From an uncultured Nitrospiraceae bacterium (GTDB lineage Bacteria; Nitrospirota; Thermodesulfovibrionia; Thermodesulfovibrionales; Dissulfurispiraceae), in the NCBI GenBank assembly GCA_963705105.1, contig CAVPIW010000014.1, forward strand, positions 1 to 64,000: a stretch of DNA of 64,000 bases, written 5' to 3'. Each line of letters opens with the position of its first letter. The first letter of the stretch is position 1. Made by a program: the position numbers and the translations under genes. The notes below the pieces were generated by a model that was given only the letters and a program-made list of their open reading frames with translations, was not told the origin of the DNA and ran no database searches. Of this stretch, positions 40,490-50,554 are shown piece after piece.

Positions 40490-43400
40490 TTACCTTGTTG
40501 TCGCCGACACAGTATTCGAGAATGCCGAATTTCCGTCGGCGTTCGCGGCCCTGATGCGGTAGAAGTACGTCGTCCTTCTCGCCACGGTCCTGTCAGAGAA
40601 CGTCGTCGCGTTCGCCCCTATGGTGAAGCTGGTAAGGCCGGTCGTGAAGGCCTCGTTCGTCGCCCTCTGGAGCAGGAAGTTCGTCTCGTTAGGCGAGTTG
40701 TCGCTCCACGCCAGGTCGATCCTGTTGTTCGCCGTCCTCGTCACCCTCAGGTTCGACGGCGCCTCGGGGATCTCTCCGGGAGTCGTTGCCGTGGCCGTAT
40801 TCGAGTAAGCCGAGAAAGACGTCCCGAGGAAGGCGCGTACCCGATAGTTGTACGTTGTCTTCGGCGCCACCGTGGTGTCGACGAAGCTGGTGACGCCCGC
40901 TCCCACCCTGGCGATCTCGACAAAACCGCCGGCGCCGACGGCCCGCTCAATGGCGAAGCCGCCCTCGTTGGCGGCATTGTCAGTCCAGGTCAGACTCACC
41001 GTCGGCGGCAGGTCGCTCAACACGGAAGGCGTCGCTCTGAGAGCCGTCGGAGCCTGGAGCGCAACCGGCGTCGTGACTATGACCGCGTTGGACGGAGCCG
41101 ATACACCGTTGGCGTTGAAGGAGACGACCCGGTAAGTGTATGTCGTTGCCGACGCCGTCGTCCCATCAATGAAAGTGTTGACATTCACACCCACCTGGCC
41201 GATCTGAACGAAGGTCACCCCTCCGTCAGTGGACCGCTGGATGCGGAAGCCCTGCTCATTGTTGGAGTTGTCTATCCAGTTCAGGCTCACCTGTGTGGCG
41301 CTGACTGCCGTTCCGACAAGGCCCGACGGCGCATTCGGCGGGCCGAGTGTCGTCGCCGCAACCGGCAGGTCGGGACCGGACGGGCCGGCGGAGTTGTACG
41401 CATTGACCCTGTAGTTGTACGTCCGGCCCGGCAGCAGGGCCGTCCGGTTGGGGGTGTAGCAGCCGGTTATGCCGGGGATGGTGCCGACGACGTCGGCAGG
41501 ACAAGGCGGCAGAACTGCGCCGTCGGTCCAGGTGTTTCCGCCGAAACCGCCCAGTGACGTCTGGCTGCCCTTATACGCAATGATGACCCATGGCCCCAGG
41601 GGCTGGCCGGGCTGCACGTCCTGCCGCTCGATGAAGAACCCGAGCTCGTTGTCGGCCTGGTCTATCCAGGCGAGCGTCACCGTTGAGGCGGTCACGCCGG
41701 CAACCCTGGTGTTGATCGGCGGGAGCGGCAAGGCCACAGGCGTCTGCGCCACCGTCGCCGGAGATTCGGCCCCGAGACCCTTGGCGTTGAAGGCCTGGAC
41801 CTTGTACTGGAAGGTCTTGCCGGGGTTCATGGCGACGTTCGTGATCTGCGTCGCAGGCGCCATGACGATGGCGAGCCGATCCCATGAGGCAGTCAAAGGA
41901 TACGGATCAAATGGATCGGCGGGATTGGGCACGGATGTATCTGTCCCGTACCTGATCCAGACGAGATACCCGTCGGCGCCCGTTACGGCATCCCAACTGA
42001 TCACCTGGGCGTTCGGGTCGGTGAGTCCTGTGTTGATATCGATGGGCGATGCCACCGTCACAGTGACCGGCGCGGCAGGAGGAACGGCTACCGCCGTGTC
42101 ATCGGCGCCCATGAGGTAGGGAGCGCCCTTGCCCGACAGCAACCAGGAGGCGTAGGCGATGCCGCCCCAGTTGTCATTAAGCGGCTGGCCGCTCATGCTG
42201 GTCATCGCGGCAATGTCCTGTCCCGTCGTGGCGATCAGGGAATCGCTCAGGAATGTGGGAGTGAGCGGATAGTTCGGATCCAAAGGATTCGGGGGACCCT
42301 CGGGACGCGGCCCCTGGTCGGCCAGGGCGTTGATCGAGTCGTTCAGGTGCTCCATGAACTCCCGGGCCAACGTCTGGTGGAAGACCTCAGCCTTCGCAGA
42401 GAGCGTCAGTCCTGCCGGCGCGGAAAACCTGTAGGTCACCTCGTCCCAGTTCTGGCCGTCGGGATAGCGCGCCACATCCTCCGTCGGCACAAAGGTGGCC
42501 GGGTCATAGGTCCAGAACGCAGCCCCGTTGACGCGGTAATCCGCATAGGTGAAACCGGCAGGAGGGATGCGGTTGTCGAAGAGGATCGTGTCGTTCAGCA
42601 GGTTCAGCGACATCGTGCATGATGTGACTGCAGGATCGCAGACGCCCGTCTTCCTCTCGTAGACCATGACGGCGTTCTGCCCGGCAGTGCTGTCGATGGC
42701 ATTCGACAAGGCGCGGTTAAAGCCCGCCAGGGTGTCGTCATTGAAAAGCCGTGCCGAGGCCGCGTCGTAGAAGCCTGACTGGTACACCATTGCACCCACT
42801 GCATCCTTCACGTCCAGGCTTATCCACATCCTGCGGCCGTCGGGATACCCTGAGGGCACCTTGTGTCCCGCGTTGTTGGTCACTCTGACGGTGACCTGGT
42901 AGACGCCTGCCGTTGCCGTTTCCGTGGGCGGGCTGACTATCTGGACGCTCACGGCATCCCGCAGCGAGATCTCGGTGTTGCGATGGGCCCGGTCCCACAT
43001 CGGCCCGCGGTCCGAGAGCATGCCGGGGAAGATCATGGGGTCGTGGCCCGTCAGCGCGCCGACTACTTCGAGATCCACCTCCGGGTAGAGGATCTTCATC
43101 ATCTGGGGAAGATCGCGGTTGGCGCCGACCATCTTGTGGAACGTCGTGCCGCCGTAAGGGTTTCTGTCCTTGGAGTTGGGGTACCACCCCGCGAGGAGTG
43201 GGTCGGGGTTCAATGACACCAGCGCGGCATCGGAATACTCATGCTTCATCGTCGGCAGGTGGCAGTCCTGGCAGCGGGTGCCGGCGGCACTGTAACTGCT
43301 GTACTTCCACTCGGTGTACGTGCGCTGCTCCGGCATGCCGTGGTTGAGGACGGGTATCGTCACTTCATGGCATGACCCGCAGAACTCGGGGGACTTGATG

Positions 43401-44377
43401 AAGAGGTTCTCCCGCGTCAGATGCTCGGGAGACACCGATCCCCACATAGCGTCCGGCGTCACCGCCATCTCGAACTGGAACGAAAGCGATCCGTCGGGGT
43501 TCCAGGCGAGCAATTCTCCCAGGCTGTTCGTCTGCGGCATGCCGGGCGGCGGGGGCTGGATGAAGCCCGTGAAGAAGGGCGAGTAGATGCCGTAGGTTTG
43601 GCCTGTGTAGAAAGACGGCAGGAGTAAGCCGGTCACAGGGTCCAGGAAGTCCGGCACGTCGCTGGAGCTCAGCTCCACAAGGCCACCGTACTTGCCTCCA
43701 TAGGACATGCCGTCGTGGAACTGCAGCGTGGCATCTCCATAGGGGTTGCCGGCTGTCGGACCCTGCGGGTAAGCAGAGCCTGCATGCGGCCATTCTCCGA
43801 CCGGCCCTGCCATCATGTTCCAGACAGGGTCAGTGGGGTTCAGATCGGGACGCCGCATGGTCACGGCGCCGGTAGCCCGATGGCACATCTCGCAGGAAAT
43901 GCCCTCCGTGTCCGTCGAGAGGACGATGCTCTGAATCGTGTCGCGGCCGACGGCGTCACCGCCCATCGTGGGATCGAAGCGGCCCGACAGCCAGCCATTC
44001 GGGCTGTGGCAGCGGAAGCAGATGTTGCCCGCGCCGTCCTGACCGGTAGCATTCTTGATCGTGTTGTTGACGATCACCTGGTTCGCCCGGAACACGGGAT
44101 CGCGCATGGAGCTCGCCATGTTCGTGCCGGCCCAGTTTGCGCCGTGACCGGCAGACTGGTCGATGGTGCCGCCGTGGCAGGCCATGCAGGTGACGACGAA
44201 TTCAAAGATGTTGTACGGCGCCGGGAACGTGATATTCGGCAGTTCCTGCTGCTGCGCGCCGGGATTCGGCACGGTACCGCCCGGTATGTTCCTGCCGGGA
44301 ATATCGGCGTAGACCAGGGTGACGGCCATTGCCACGAACGCCAGCAGGGTCATACTTATGAGTGTTTTCCTTTTCAT
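40490..44377 (-). CDS. Large secreted pentaheme c-type cytochrome with five C-terminal fibronectin type III-like domains
   Basis: Signal peptide; CMACH, CFRCH, CEMCH, CGSCH, CQDCH; five P..P..L...W.D...E.GF...Y.YRV.A.N-type repeats. Confidence 0.9.
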   Translation of the reverse strand: MKRKTLISMTLLAFVAMAVTLVYADIPGRNIPGGTVPNPGAQQQELPNITFPAPYNIFEFVVTCMACHGGTIDQSAGHGANWAGTNMASSMRDPVFRANQVIVNNTIKNATGQDGAGNICFRCHSPNGWLSGRFDPTMGGDAVGRDTIQSIVLSTDTEGISCEMCHRATGAVTMRRPDLNPTDPVWNMMAGPVGEWPHAGSAYPQGPTAGNPYGDATLQFHDGMSYGGKYGGLVELSSSDVPDFLDPVTGLLLPSFYTGQTYGIYSPFFTGFIQPPPPGMPQTNSLGELLAWNPDGSLSFQFEMAVTPDAMWGSVSPEHLTRENLFIKSPEFCGSCHEVTIPVLNHGMPEQRTYTEWKYSSYSAAGTRCQDCHLPTMKHEYSDAALVSLNPDPLLAGWYPNSKDRNPYGGTTFHKMVGANRDLPQMMKILYPEVDLEVVGALTGHDPMIFPGMLSDRGPMWDRAHRNTEISLRDAVSVQIVSPPTETATAGVYQVTVRVTNNAGHKVPSGYPDGRRMWISLDVKDAVGAMVYQSGFYDAASARLFNDDTLAGFNRALSNAIDSTAGQNAVMVYERKTGVCDPAVTSCTMSLNLLNDTILFDNRIPPAGFTYADYRVNGAAFWTYDPATFVPTEDVARYPDGQNWDEVTYRFSAPAGLTLSAKAEVFHQTLAREFMEHLNDSINALADQGPRPEGPPNPLDPNYPLTPTFLSDSLIATTGQDIAAMTSMSGQPLNDNWGGIAYASWLLSGKGAPYLMGADDTAVAVPPAAPVTVTVASPIDINTGLTDPNAQVISWDAVTGADGYLVWIRYGTDTSVPNPADPFDPYPLTASWDRLAIVMAPATQITNVAMNPGKTFQYKVQAFNAKGLGAESPATVAQTPVALPLPPINTRVAGVTASTVTLAWIDQADNELGFFIERQDVQPGQPLGPWVIIAYKGSQTSLGGFGGNTWTDGAVLPPCPADVVGTIPGITGCYTPNRTALLPGRTYNYRVNAYNSAGPSGPDLPVAATTLGPPNAPSGLVGTAVSATQVSLNWIDNSNNEQGFRIQRSTDGGVTFVQIGQVGVNVNTFIDGTTASATTYTYRVVSFNANGVSAPSNAVIVTTPVALQAPTALRATPSVLSDLPPTVSLTWTDNAANEGGFAIERAVGAGGFVEIARVGAGVTSFVDTTVAPKTTYNYRVRAFLGTSFSAYSNTATATTPGEIPEAPSNLRVTRTANNRIDLAWSDNSPNETNFLLQRATNEAFTTGLTSFTIGANATTFSDRTVARRTTYFYRIRAANADGNSAFSNTVSATTR

Positions 44378-44997
44378 TTCTTCACCCCCTTGATCTTCGC
44401 CACATCAGGCCAGACAGCCGCACTCACCTCGATGTCGCCTTCGAACCGCTCATTGCCCGTGAACCGGCCCTTTCCTACTGTCCACACGCCCGCGGCCGGT
44501 GACGACGGCATATCTATCGACGCCGTAATATCACCTGCGGAGGCGGCAGGATTAAACAGCAGCTCGGCGCTGATTGACCCGTCGACAACGGCGGGACTGT
44601 GGCGCGCATCCTTTTCCTTCTTTGTGGCGCTATCGTCGGTGATGCGCCACTTGCCCTGCACATACCACATGCCCGCCTTCTGCCCGGGCATGTCGGAGGC
44701 CGGCGAAAAGGCGGTCAGGGTGGCCCTGAAGGTCCCTTTCCTGACCGGCGTCGACGGGGTTATCGATGTCGCCGTCGCCTCGACCGTGTAGTCCCGGGTG
44801 ATGACCCCCGGTTTGACGGTCTTCGTCTGCCCTTGGTTAATAACCTTTGCCCCGCTCAACTGCCAGCCGAAGGTCGTCTCGACTATGCCGGGGGCCTTCT
44901 TGTCCGGCGCCGCCGCGATGCCCCCGCCCGTAAATACGGCGAGGCACAGGACGGACACACAGGCTGCGAGAGTGCTGATGATCCATCTCTTTCGCAT
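44374..44997 (-). CDS. Secreted hypothetical protein, first gene of the cluster
   Basis: Signal peptide, GGAGGAG RBS, ATGA overlap with the cytochrome gene. Confidence 0.8.
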   Translation of the reverse strand: MRKRWIISTLAACVSVLCLAVFTGGGIAAAPDKKAPGIVETTFGWQLSGAKVINQGQTKTVKPGVITRDYTVEATATSITPSTPVRKGTFRATLTAFSPASDMPGQKAGMWYVQGKWRITDDSATKKEKDARHSPAVVDGSISAELLFNPAASAGDITASIDMPSSPAAGVWTVGKGRFTGNERFEGDIEVSAAVWPDVAKIKGVKK

Positions 44998-45310
44998 TGC
45001 TCTCCTCCTTATTGTTGCTCGCGCCCTCCTGGGCGCCGTTCATACACGTGCACGGGTGCACACACCCCGTTGCACGGAAACAAAATTTCCCTTTATCTGT
45101 CTCGTCTTTTCCATGGCCTGAGACCGGGAGCACGGCCGTCTCATTTTTCCCGGCATGCTCGCTTGCTTTATTTATAGCATCGCGCCCGCTGCGGCAATAT
45201 CGGCGCTTGAACGAATCTCCCGTCCGTTTTTTTATGAATTTCGTGTCGTAGATTCCGGATCTGTCGTGTCGTTCTCAGGACGACAAAGGATCCGGAGAGC
45301 AATGCTGTCT

Positions 45311-45700
45311 TCGGGAAGGCAGATATGGTTCAAAGCCTTTCCAATGCGATGATGAGGACCATTTTGGCAGATGCACGGAAGGGCGGGGCAAAACGCCTCA
45401 AAGCCTCGCTGATAGCGAGCATGATTGTTTATTATTGGGTTTTAAAGATTTCATCCTTTGTATCATCGACAGTTGTGCTTCCATGCTCTGCACGGGACGG
45501 CAGCGGTTTCGCAGCACCGATGCTTTTCGGCGCATTTACCCCTCCCTTCCGTGGTTGTATGTTGCGATGCGAATGTCCCAAGATGTTACAGCGCTTGTTG
45601 CCTGACGGGCATGTGTCATCGATAAACTAAGCAAAGGGTGCTCTGAGGACGAACTGGGTATGTTAGAGGAAAGGCTTTTCACCACATCAGCCTTCCCGCA
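45311..45700. repeat. Family-3 element with a nested family-1 variant (about 45360-45572)
   Basis: Ends cgggaaggcagatatggttcaaagcctttcc / ggaaaggcttttcaccacatcagccttcccg; flanks equal the reverse complement of 50608-50779. Confidence 0.85.
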
Positions 45701-45932
45701 CGGATGTTCTTGACCTGGTTCCGACTACTGTCTATTGTCTGCTGGCTACTGTCTTCTTCGGCCCGCCTTTCCGGCGAGCTGATGCAACGGAGGAGACCAC
45801 TTGCAGGGGAGATGAATGAAATGTTACATTGCCTGAGAAAATTGTCAGAGTGAGTGTCAGTGAAAGGGGGATTCCTGCCCCTTCGGAAATTACCAGGGTG
45901 CTTGATGATAAGGTGGCATGATTTGTTTCTGT

Positions 45933-46145
45933 ACCTTTCTGTTGCATGAAAAGGCGGCGCGAAGCGCCTCAAAGCCTTGCTGAAGGCGACGATGAGCCTC
46001 GTCAGGTTCGTCATTCAGGATTCCACTCTTTGTGTCATCGACCATTGGCGTATAGCTCGTCTTTCGTTATGATACAGGAGTCGCCGCAGCAAGGTTTTCG
46101 GCGCATACACCCCGCCTTTCCAGAAGGCGTATGCAACAATAAGGT
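45933..46145. repeat. Family-1 palindromic element, complete copy
   Basis: Colinear with and highly similar to 29431-29644. Confidence 0.92.
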
Positions 46146-46282
46146 GTATTTGTCATCCCGGCTCGTCCGGGATCCTTCTTAAGAATGATTCCCGACAAGC
46201 GGGAATGACGTGGATGTCGTTTGCTTACGTACTCGTCGGTAACCCGGGGAACCGTTGACTGCCTTTACGGAAGGAGCATGTC

Positions 46283-48544
46283 ATGAAGCATGATGTCCCT
46301 CTCATTCGTCGTCTTTCCAGGCCCGTTCGATTCGTCTTCCTTTTATGTAGCATTTTCGTCCTCACTCTTTCCTTCCTAAGTCCCTCTTCCTCCGCAGAAG
46401 ACGAATCCGGTCCCAAGGCGAGGCCGAAGGTCGGTCTCGTCCTCGGTGGCGGCGGTGCGAAGGGGGCGGCGCACATCGGCGTCATCAAGGTGCTCGAAGA
46501 GCTGCGCATACCCGTGGACTATGTGGCAGGCACCAGTATGGGCGCGATCGTGGGCGCCCTCTACGCGTCGGGCCTGTCTGCGGCGGAGCTGGAGAAGACG
46601 CTCACATCCATCGATTGGGATGACATGTTTACCGACAGCCCGCCCCGGAAGGAAATCGAGTTCAGGAAAAAGCGGGAGGATATCCAGATCCTCTCGAGGC
46701 TCGAGATCGGCTATGGAGACGGCAAGTTTCAGGTGCAGAAAAGTTTGATACAGGGCCAGAAGGTCAACGTGCTCTTCGAAACGATGATGATGCACGTCGT
46801 CGATGTGACGGACTTCGACAGGCTGCCCATACCGTATCGGGCTGTGTCAGCAGACCTCGAGACGGGCGAGATGGTCGTGATAGACGGCGGCAGCCTTGCC
46901 GACGCGGCGAGGGCGAGTATGTCCGTGCCGGGCGTTTTTCCGCCTGTGGACATCAAAGGCCGCTATCTCATCGACGGAGGCATCGTCAGGAACCTGCCCG
47001 TCGACATCGTCAGAGGCATGGGCGCCGAGGTGATCATCGCCATTGATGTGGGCAAGCCCTTCCTGAAACGAGATGAGCTCGGCTCACCCTTCTCCATCCT
47101 GGGTCAGATGCTCGACATCATGATGAAGCAGAACGTCACCGCACAGATAAACAGCCTCGGCCCGGCCGATGTCTTCATCCGGCCCGAACTGGGCGACATC
47201 GAGTCCGGGGACTTCCAGCGTGGAGCGGAGGCGGCCCGGTTTGGAGAGGCGGCGGCCCGCAGGAAGCTGGACGATCTGAAGAAGTATGCCGTCTCACCCG
47301 CCGAATACGAGGCCTTCCTGTCCCGCCACCACCGCGACACCGTCGCGTCCGTCAAGGTGGCCGACCTCAAGGTGGAGGGGACACAAAAGGTATCGAAGGA
47401 GTATGTGGAGAACAAGGTCGGCATCAAGGCCGGCGCCGTCGTCACCGTGGAGAGGCTGAGGCAAGAGCCGAGTATGCTGTACGGAACGGGTGATTTCGAG
47501 CGCGTCGACCTGAAGCTCGGCAGGGCTGAGGACGGCTATGACGTCACATTAGAAATGACGGAAAAGCCCTGGAAGAACATCCTCCGCGTGGGATTCGGGC
47601 TCACCTATGATTTCGGGGGCGACAACGATTTCTCCATTCTCTTCGATTATACGATGAGATCGATCAACTCTCTCGGCGCAGAGTGGAAGAACCAGGTCCA
47701 GATCGGCAGGCCCGCCCGGCTCTATACGGAGTTCTATCAGCCCCTCGATCTCGGCCGTTTTTTCTTTGTGTCCCCCCGCGCGGAGTGGCGTGAAGACTAT
47801 TTCAACGTCTTCGACGGAGACGAGCGTGTCGCCCAGTACCGGGTGAGGCGATACGACGTGGGACTCGTTGCGGGGATACAGCCATGGAACTACGGGCAAA
47901 TCTCTGCGGGTATCCTCTTCGGTGGCGCCGATGCGGAGGCGCGCATCGGAAATCCCGGGTTTTCGGACAACTATGCCCGGCGCGGCGCCCTGACTGCGTC
48001 GCTGATCGCTGACCAGTTCGACAATGTCAATTTCCCGCGCAGCGGCTATTTCGCCGCCGTCAATGCCTATTCTTCCCTTGACGCTCTCGGCGCAGACGAC
48101 ATCTACAACAAAATCTGGGGACAGTTTTCGTACGCCTATACGAGAGATAAAAACACCCTTCTCGCGAGAATCCGGGCGGGGTCGTACCTCGGCAACGATC
48201 TGCCGCCCTACGACCAGTTCACGCTCGGAGGTTTCGGAAACCTATCGGGTTTCAGCCAGAACCAGCTGACGGGACAGCAGGTAGGCCTCGCTAACCTGTC
48301 TATATACCGTCAGATCGGAAAGTCCCTTCTCGGAGCGCTGTATGTGGGCGGCTCCGTCGAAGCGGGCAACGTGTGGTCGGCAGGACAAACCGTCAACCTG
48401 AACAACCTTATATATGCGGGGAACCTCTTCCTGGGATTCGACACCCTCTTTGGCCCCCTCTACCTCGCATACGGCCACGCAGAGGGGGGGAACGACGCAG
48501 TCTACCTCTTCCTCGGCAATCTCTTCCGGTCCGTTGACAGATAG
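46283..48544 (+). CDS. Patatin-like phospholipase with POTRA and outer-membrane beta-barrel (PlpD-like)
   Basis: GGGGAKG, GTSMG, DGG motifs; C-terminal barrel ending GPLYLAYG...YLFLG. Confidence 0.92.
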   Translation: MKHDVPLIRRLSRPVRFVFLLCSIFVLTLSFLSPSSSAEDESGPKARPKVGLVLGGGGAKGAAHIGVIKVLEELRIPVDYVAGTSMGAIVGALYASGLSAAELEKTLTSIDWDDMFTDSPPRKEIEFRKKREDIQILSRLEIGYGDGKFQVQKSLIQGQKVNVLFETMMMHVVDVTDFDRLPIPYRAVSADLETGEMVVIDGGSLADAARASMSVPGVFPPVDIKGRYLIDGGIVRNLPVDIVRGMGAEVIIAIDVGKPFLKRDELGSPFSILGQMLDIMMKQNVTAQINSLGPADVFIRPELGDIESGDFQRGAEAARFGEAAARRKLDDLKKYAVSPAEYEAFLSRHHRDTVASVKVADLKVEGTQKVSKEYVENKVGIKAGAVVTVERLRQEPSMLYGTGDFERVDLKLGRAEDGYDVTLEMTEKPWKNILRVGFGLTYDFGGDNDFSILFDYTMRSINSLGAEWKNQVQIGRPARLYTEFYQPLDLGRFFFVSPRAEWREDYFNVFDGDERVAQYRVRRYDVGLVAGIQPWNYGQISAGILFGGADAEARIGNPGFSDNYARRGALTASLIADQFDNVNFPRSGYFAAVNAYSSLDALGADDIYNKIWGQFSYAYTRDKNTLLARIRAGSYLGNDLPPYDQFTLGGFGNLSGFSQNQLTGQQVGLANLSIYRQIGKSLLGALYVGGSVEAGNVWSAGQTVNLNNLIYAGNLFLGFDTLFGPLYLAYGHAEGGNDAVYLFLGNLFRSVDR

Positions 48545-48651
48545 ACCTTGTCGTTGCATAGAAAGGCGGGGCGAAGCGCTCTGAAAAACAGTGTCCGTGT
48601 CAGTGTGAGTGACAGTGTCGGTGTCACTACTGCTTCCTCCGGGAAGGCAGA
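48545..48651. repeat. Hybrid repeat: family-1 end + hexamer tract + family-3 end
   Basis: Reverse complement of 53191-53300; cagtgt/gagtga hexamer run. Confidence 0.82.
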
Positions 48652-48666
48652 CACAGGAGGGAGCGA

Positions 48667-49485
48667 ATGATACAACAGGGTGACAAAACTGCGTACCGCA
48701 TCTTCGACCGGGAGGGGAACGTGACCGGTTATGGCAGGATGCTCGACGGTATCGCTGCGACGGATGTCGTTCTTTTCGGAGAAACCCACAACGACCCGAT
48801 CGTCCACTGGCTCCAGTTCGAGGTGATGAAGGACCTCTTTTCCCTTCAAAAGAAGCCTCTCATCCTCGGCGCCGAGATGTTCGAAGCGGACGACCAGATC
48901 GTTCTCGACGAATATCTTGCCGGGCTCATTCCCCATGACCACCTCGTGAAGGAGGCGAAAATATGGCCGAACTATGACACGGATTACAGGCCCCTCGTGC
49001 AGTTTGCGCAGAAAAACGGCATCCGCTTCATCGCGACGAACATCCCCAGAAGATATGCAAGCCTCGCGGCACGGGAGGGGCTGACGGCCCTGGAGGACCT
49101 CTCCGCCGAGGCCCGCCGCTGGATCCCTCCTTTGCCCATCCGCCTGGACCTCACAACGCCTGCCTATAAAGACCTCCTCGATCTGAGCGTGGCCCACGGC
49201 TTCGAAGCGGAACGATTCCTCTCGGCACAGGCGGTGAAGGACGCGGCCATGGCCTTCTTCATCCTGAGGAATTTCGTCCCCGGGAGCATCTTCCTGCACT
49301 TCAACGGCGAGTATCACTCCCGGAAATACGGCGGCATCTACTGGTACCTGCGGCAGGAGGCGCCCCACCTCACAACGGCCACGATCATCTCCGTCGAGGA
49401 AGAATCCCTCGAGTTCCGGGGAGATCACCTCGGCCTGGGAGATTACCTGCTCATGGTGCCGCGGTCCATGACGAAAACGGGCTGA
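48667..49485 (+). CDS. ChaN-family (haem-uptake/Tiki-like) protein
   Basis: DVVLFGETHN, GAEMFE, WPNYDTDYRPL, QAVKDAAMA, HFNGEYHS. Confidence 0.85.
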   Translation: MIQQGDKTAYRIFDREGNVTGYGRMLDGIAATDVVLFGETHNDPIVHWLQFEVMKDLFSLQKKPLILGAEMFEADDQIVLDEYLAGLIPHDHLVKEAKIWPNYDTDYRPLVQFAQKNGIRFIATNIPRRYASLAAREGLTALEDLSAEARRWIPPLPIRLDLTTPAYKDLLDLSVAHGFEAERFLSAQAVKDAAMAFFILRNFVPGSIFLHFNGEYHSRKYGGIYWYLRQEAPHLTTATIISVEEESLEFRGDHLGLGDYLLMVPRSMTKTG

Positions 49486-49502
49486 CGGGAGAAGACGCGC
49501 TC

Positions 49503-49558
49503 ACCTTTCTGTTCCATGAAAGGGCAGGCTGGAGCGCCTCACGGCCTTGCCAAAGGCG
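49503..49558. repeat. Degenerate family-1 left end
   Basis: acctttctgttccatgaaagggcagg...gcgcctcacggccttgccaaaggcg. Confidence 0.6.
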
Positions 49559-49584
49559 CTCCAGCTATGAGGGACGGTCTGTTA

Positions 49585-50352
49585 TTACGGAAGCGTTCTC
49601 GCCGTGTAGACGGCCGTTATCCTGCCTCCGCACGTAATTCCGGACTGACCGGTAATGTTCTTGAAATTGAGATAGATGTTGGTGTTGGTCCCCGTGCTCG
49701 CCGTAAACGACTGGGCCACAGCGAAGGACACCTGCGCCATGTTGGAACCGTTCGGAAAGAAATAAAAACCGGGATTGTTCGCCGGCCAGTCTTGAGTGGC
49801 CGTCGATGCAAGGTGAATGGTAAACTGTGTGGTGCTGCCGCTTACCGGTATGTTGCAGTAGCCCGTTGCCATGGCATGGACGTCCCCGGCTGCGCGCACC
49901 GTGTAGGTGAGCGAATGCATGTTCGTGATAACGCCCGCGCCGTTCGATACGCCTACAAGGCCGAAAGACACCTCTTTAAAGGCCGGGAATGTCCCGCCGC
50001 CGGCCGAACCGACGGGAGATATGGGACCGGGCGTGACATTGGTCATGATCTGCTCCCAGGCGGAGAAAGGCGTGCCGTCGGGATTGAAGATCCTCCTCCA
50101 GACACTGATGCCGTTGTTCCCGGCGCCCATCAGGACATACTTCTGCATGGCTTCATCCCAGATGACGCTGGGCTGGCTGCTGAAGCCACCGGTGATGGCG
50201 TTGCAGGCGCTGCAGGTGCTGGCCTGGCAGGTCATGACACAGAGACTGTTGTCGGCCCTGCGGATGACATGCAGTTGCGTGACCGCCACGGCCGACGCGG
50301 CAAAGAAGAGAACGAGAACCACTGCACAGAAAACGACGGAGATCCTTTTCAT
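49585..50352 (-). CDS. Secreted hypothetical protein
   Basis: Signal peptide (ASAVA), Thr/Gly/Ser-rich, Cys cluster near the N-terminus. Confidence 0.7.
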   Translation of the reverse strand: MKRISVVFCAVVLVLFFAASAVAVTQLHVIRRADNSLCVMTCQASTCSACNAITGGFSSQPSVIWDEAMQKYVLMGAGNNGISVWRRIFNPDGTPFSAWEQIMTNVTPGPISPVGSAGGGTFPAFKEVSFGLVGVSNGAGVITNMHSLTYTVRAAGDVHAMATGYCNIPVSGSTTQFTIHLASTATQDWPANNPGFYFFPNGSNMAQVSFAVAQSFTASTGTNTNIYLNFKNITGQSGITCGGRITAVYTARTLP

Positions 50353-50554
50353 TTCTCTACCCCCTTCATTTCAGGTACTCATGAACATCTACCCCAGAGG
50401 ACAATGCAGAAACCTGCCTCTTCCTTCCCCAGGATGTCCTCCCGACCCCTTAAGGCCGTCTGGCCGTGACGGCCATGACCCCAGCCCTCTTCTTTTCTGC
50501 TTACCACAATCATAACCCCAACAGGGGGGAGTGTCAAATGAAAATTTGTCTTTT

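Noticed and set aside
40490..44377. Hydroxylamine oxidoreductase or NrfA
   Set aside because: Only five CxxCH motifs, no CxxCK, and an FnIII tail
45001..45300. Riboswitch (Moco or c-di-GMP) upstream of the oxidoreductase cluster
   Set aside because: A hairpin exists near 45048-45076 but I could not recognise any riboswitch consensus
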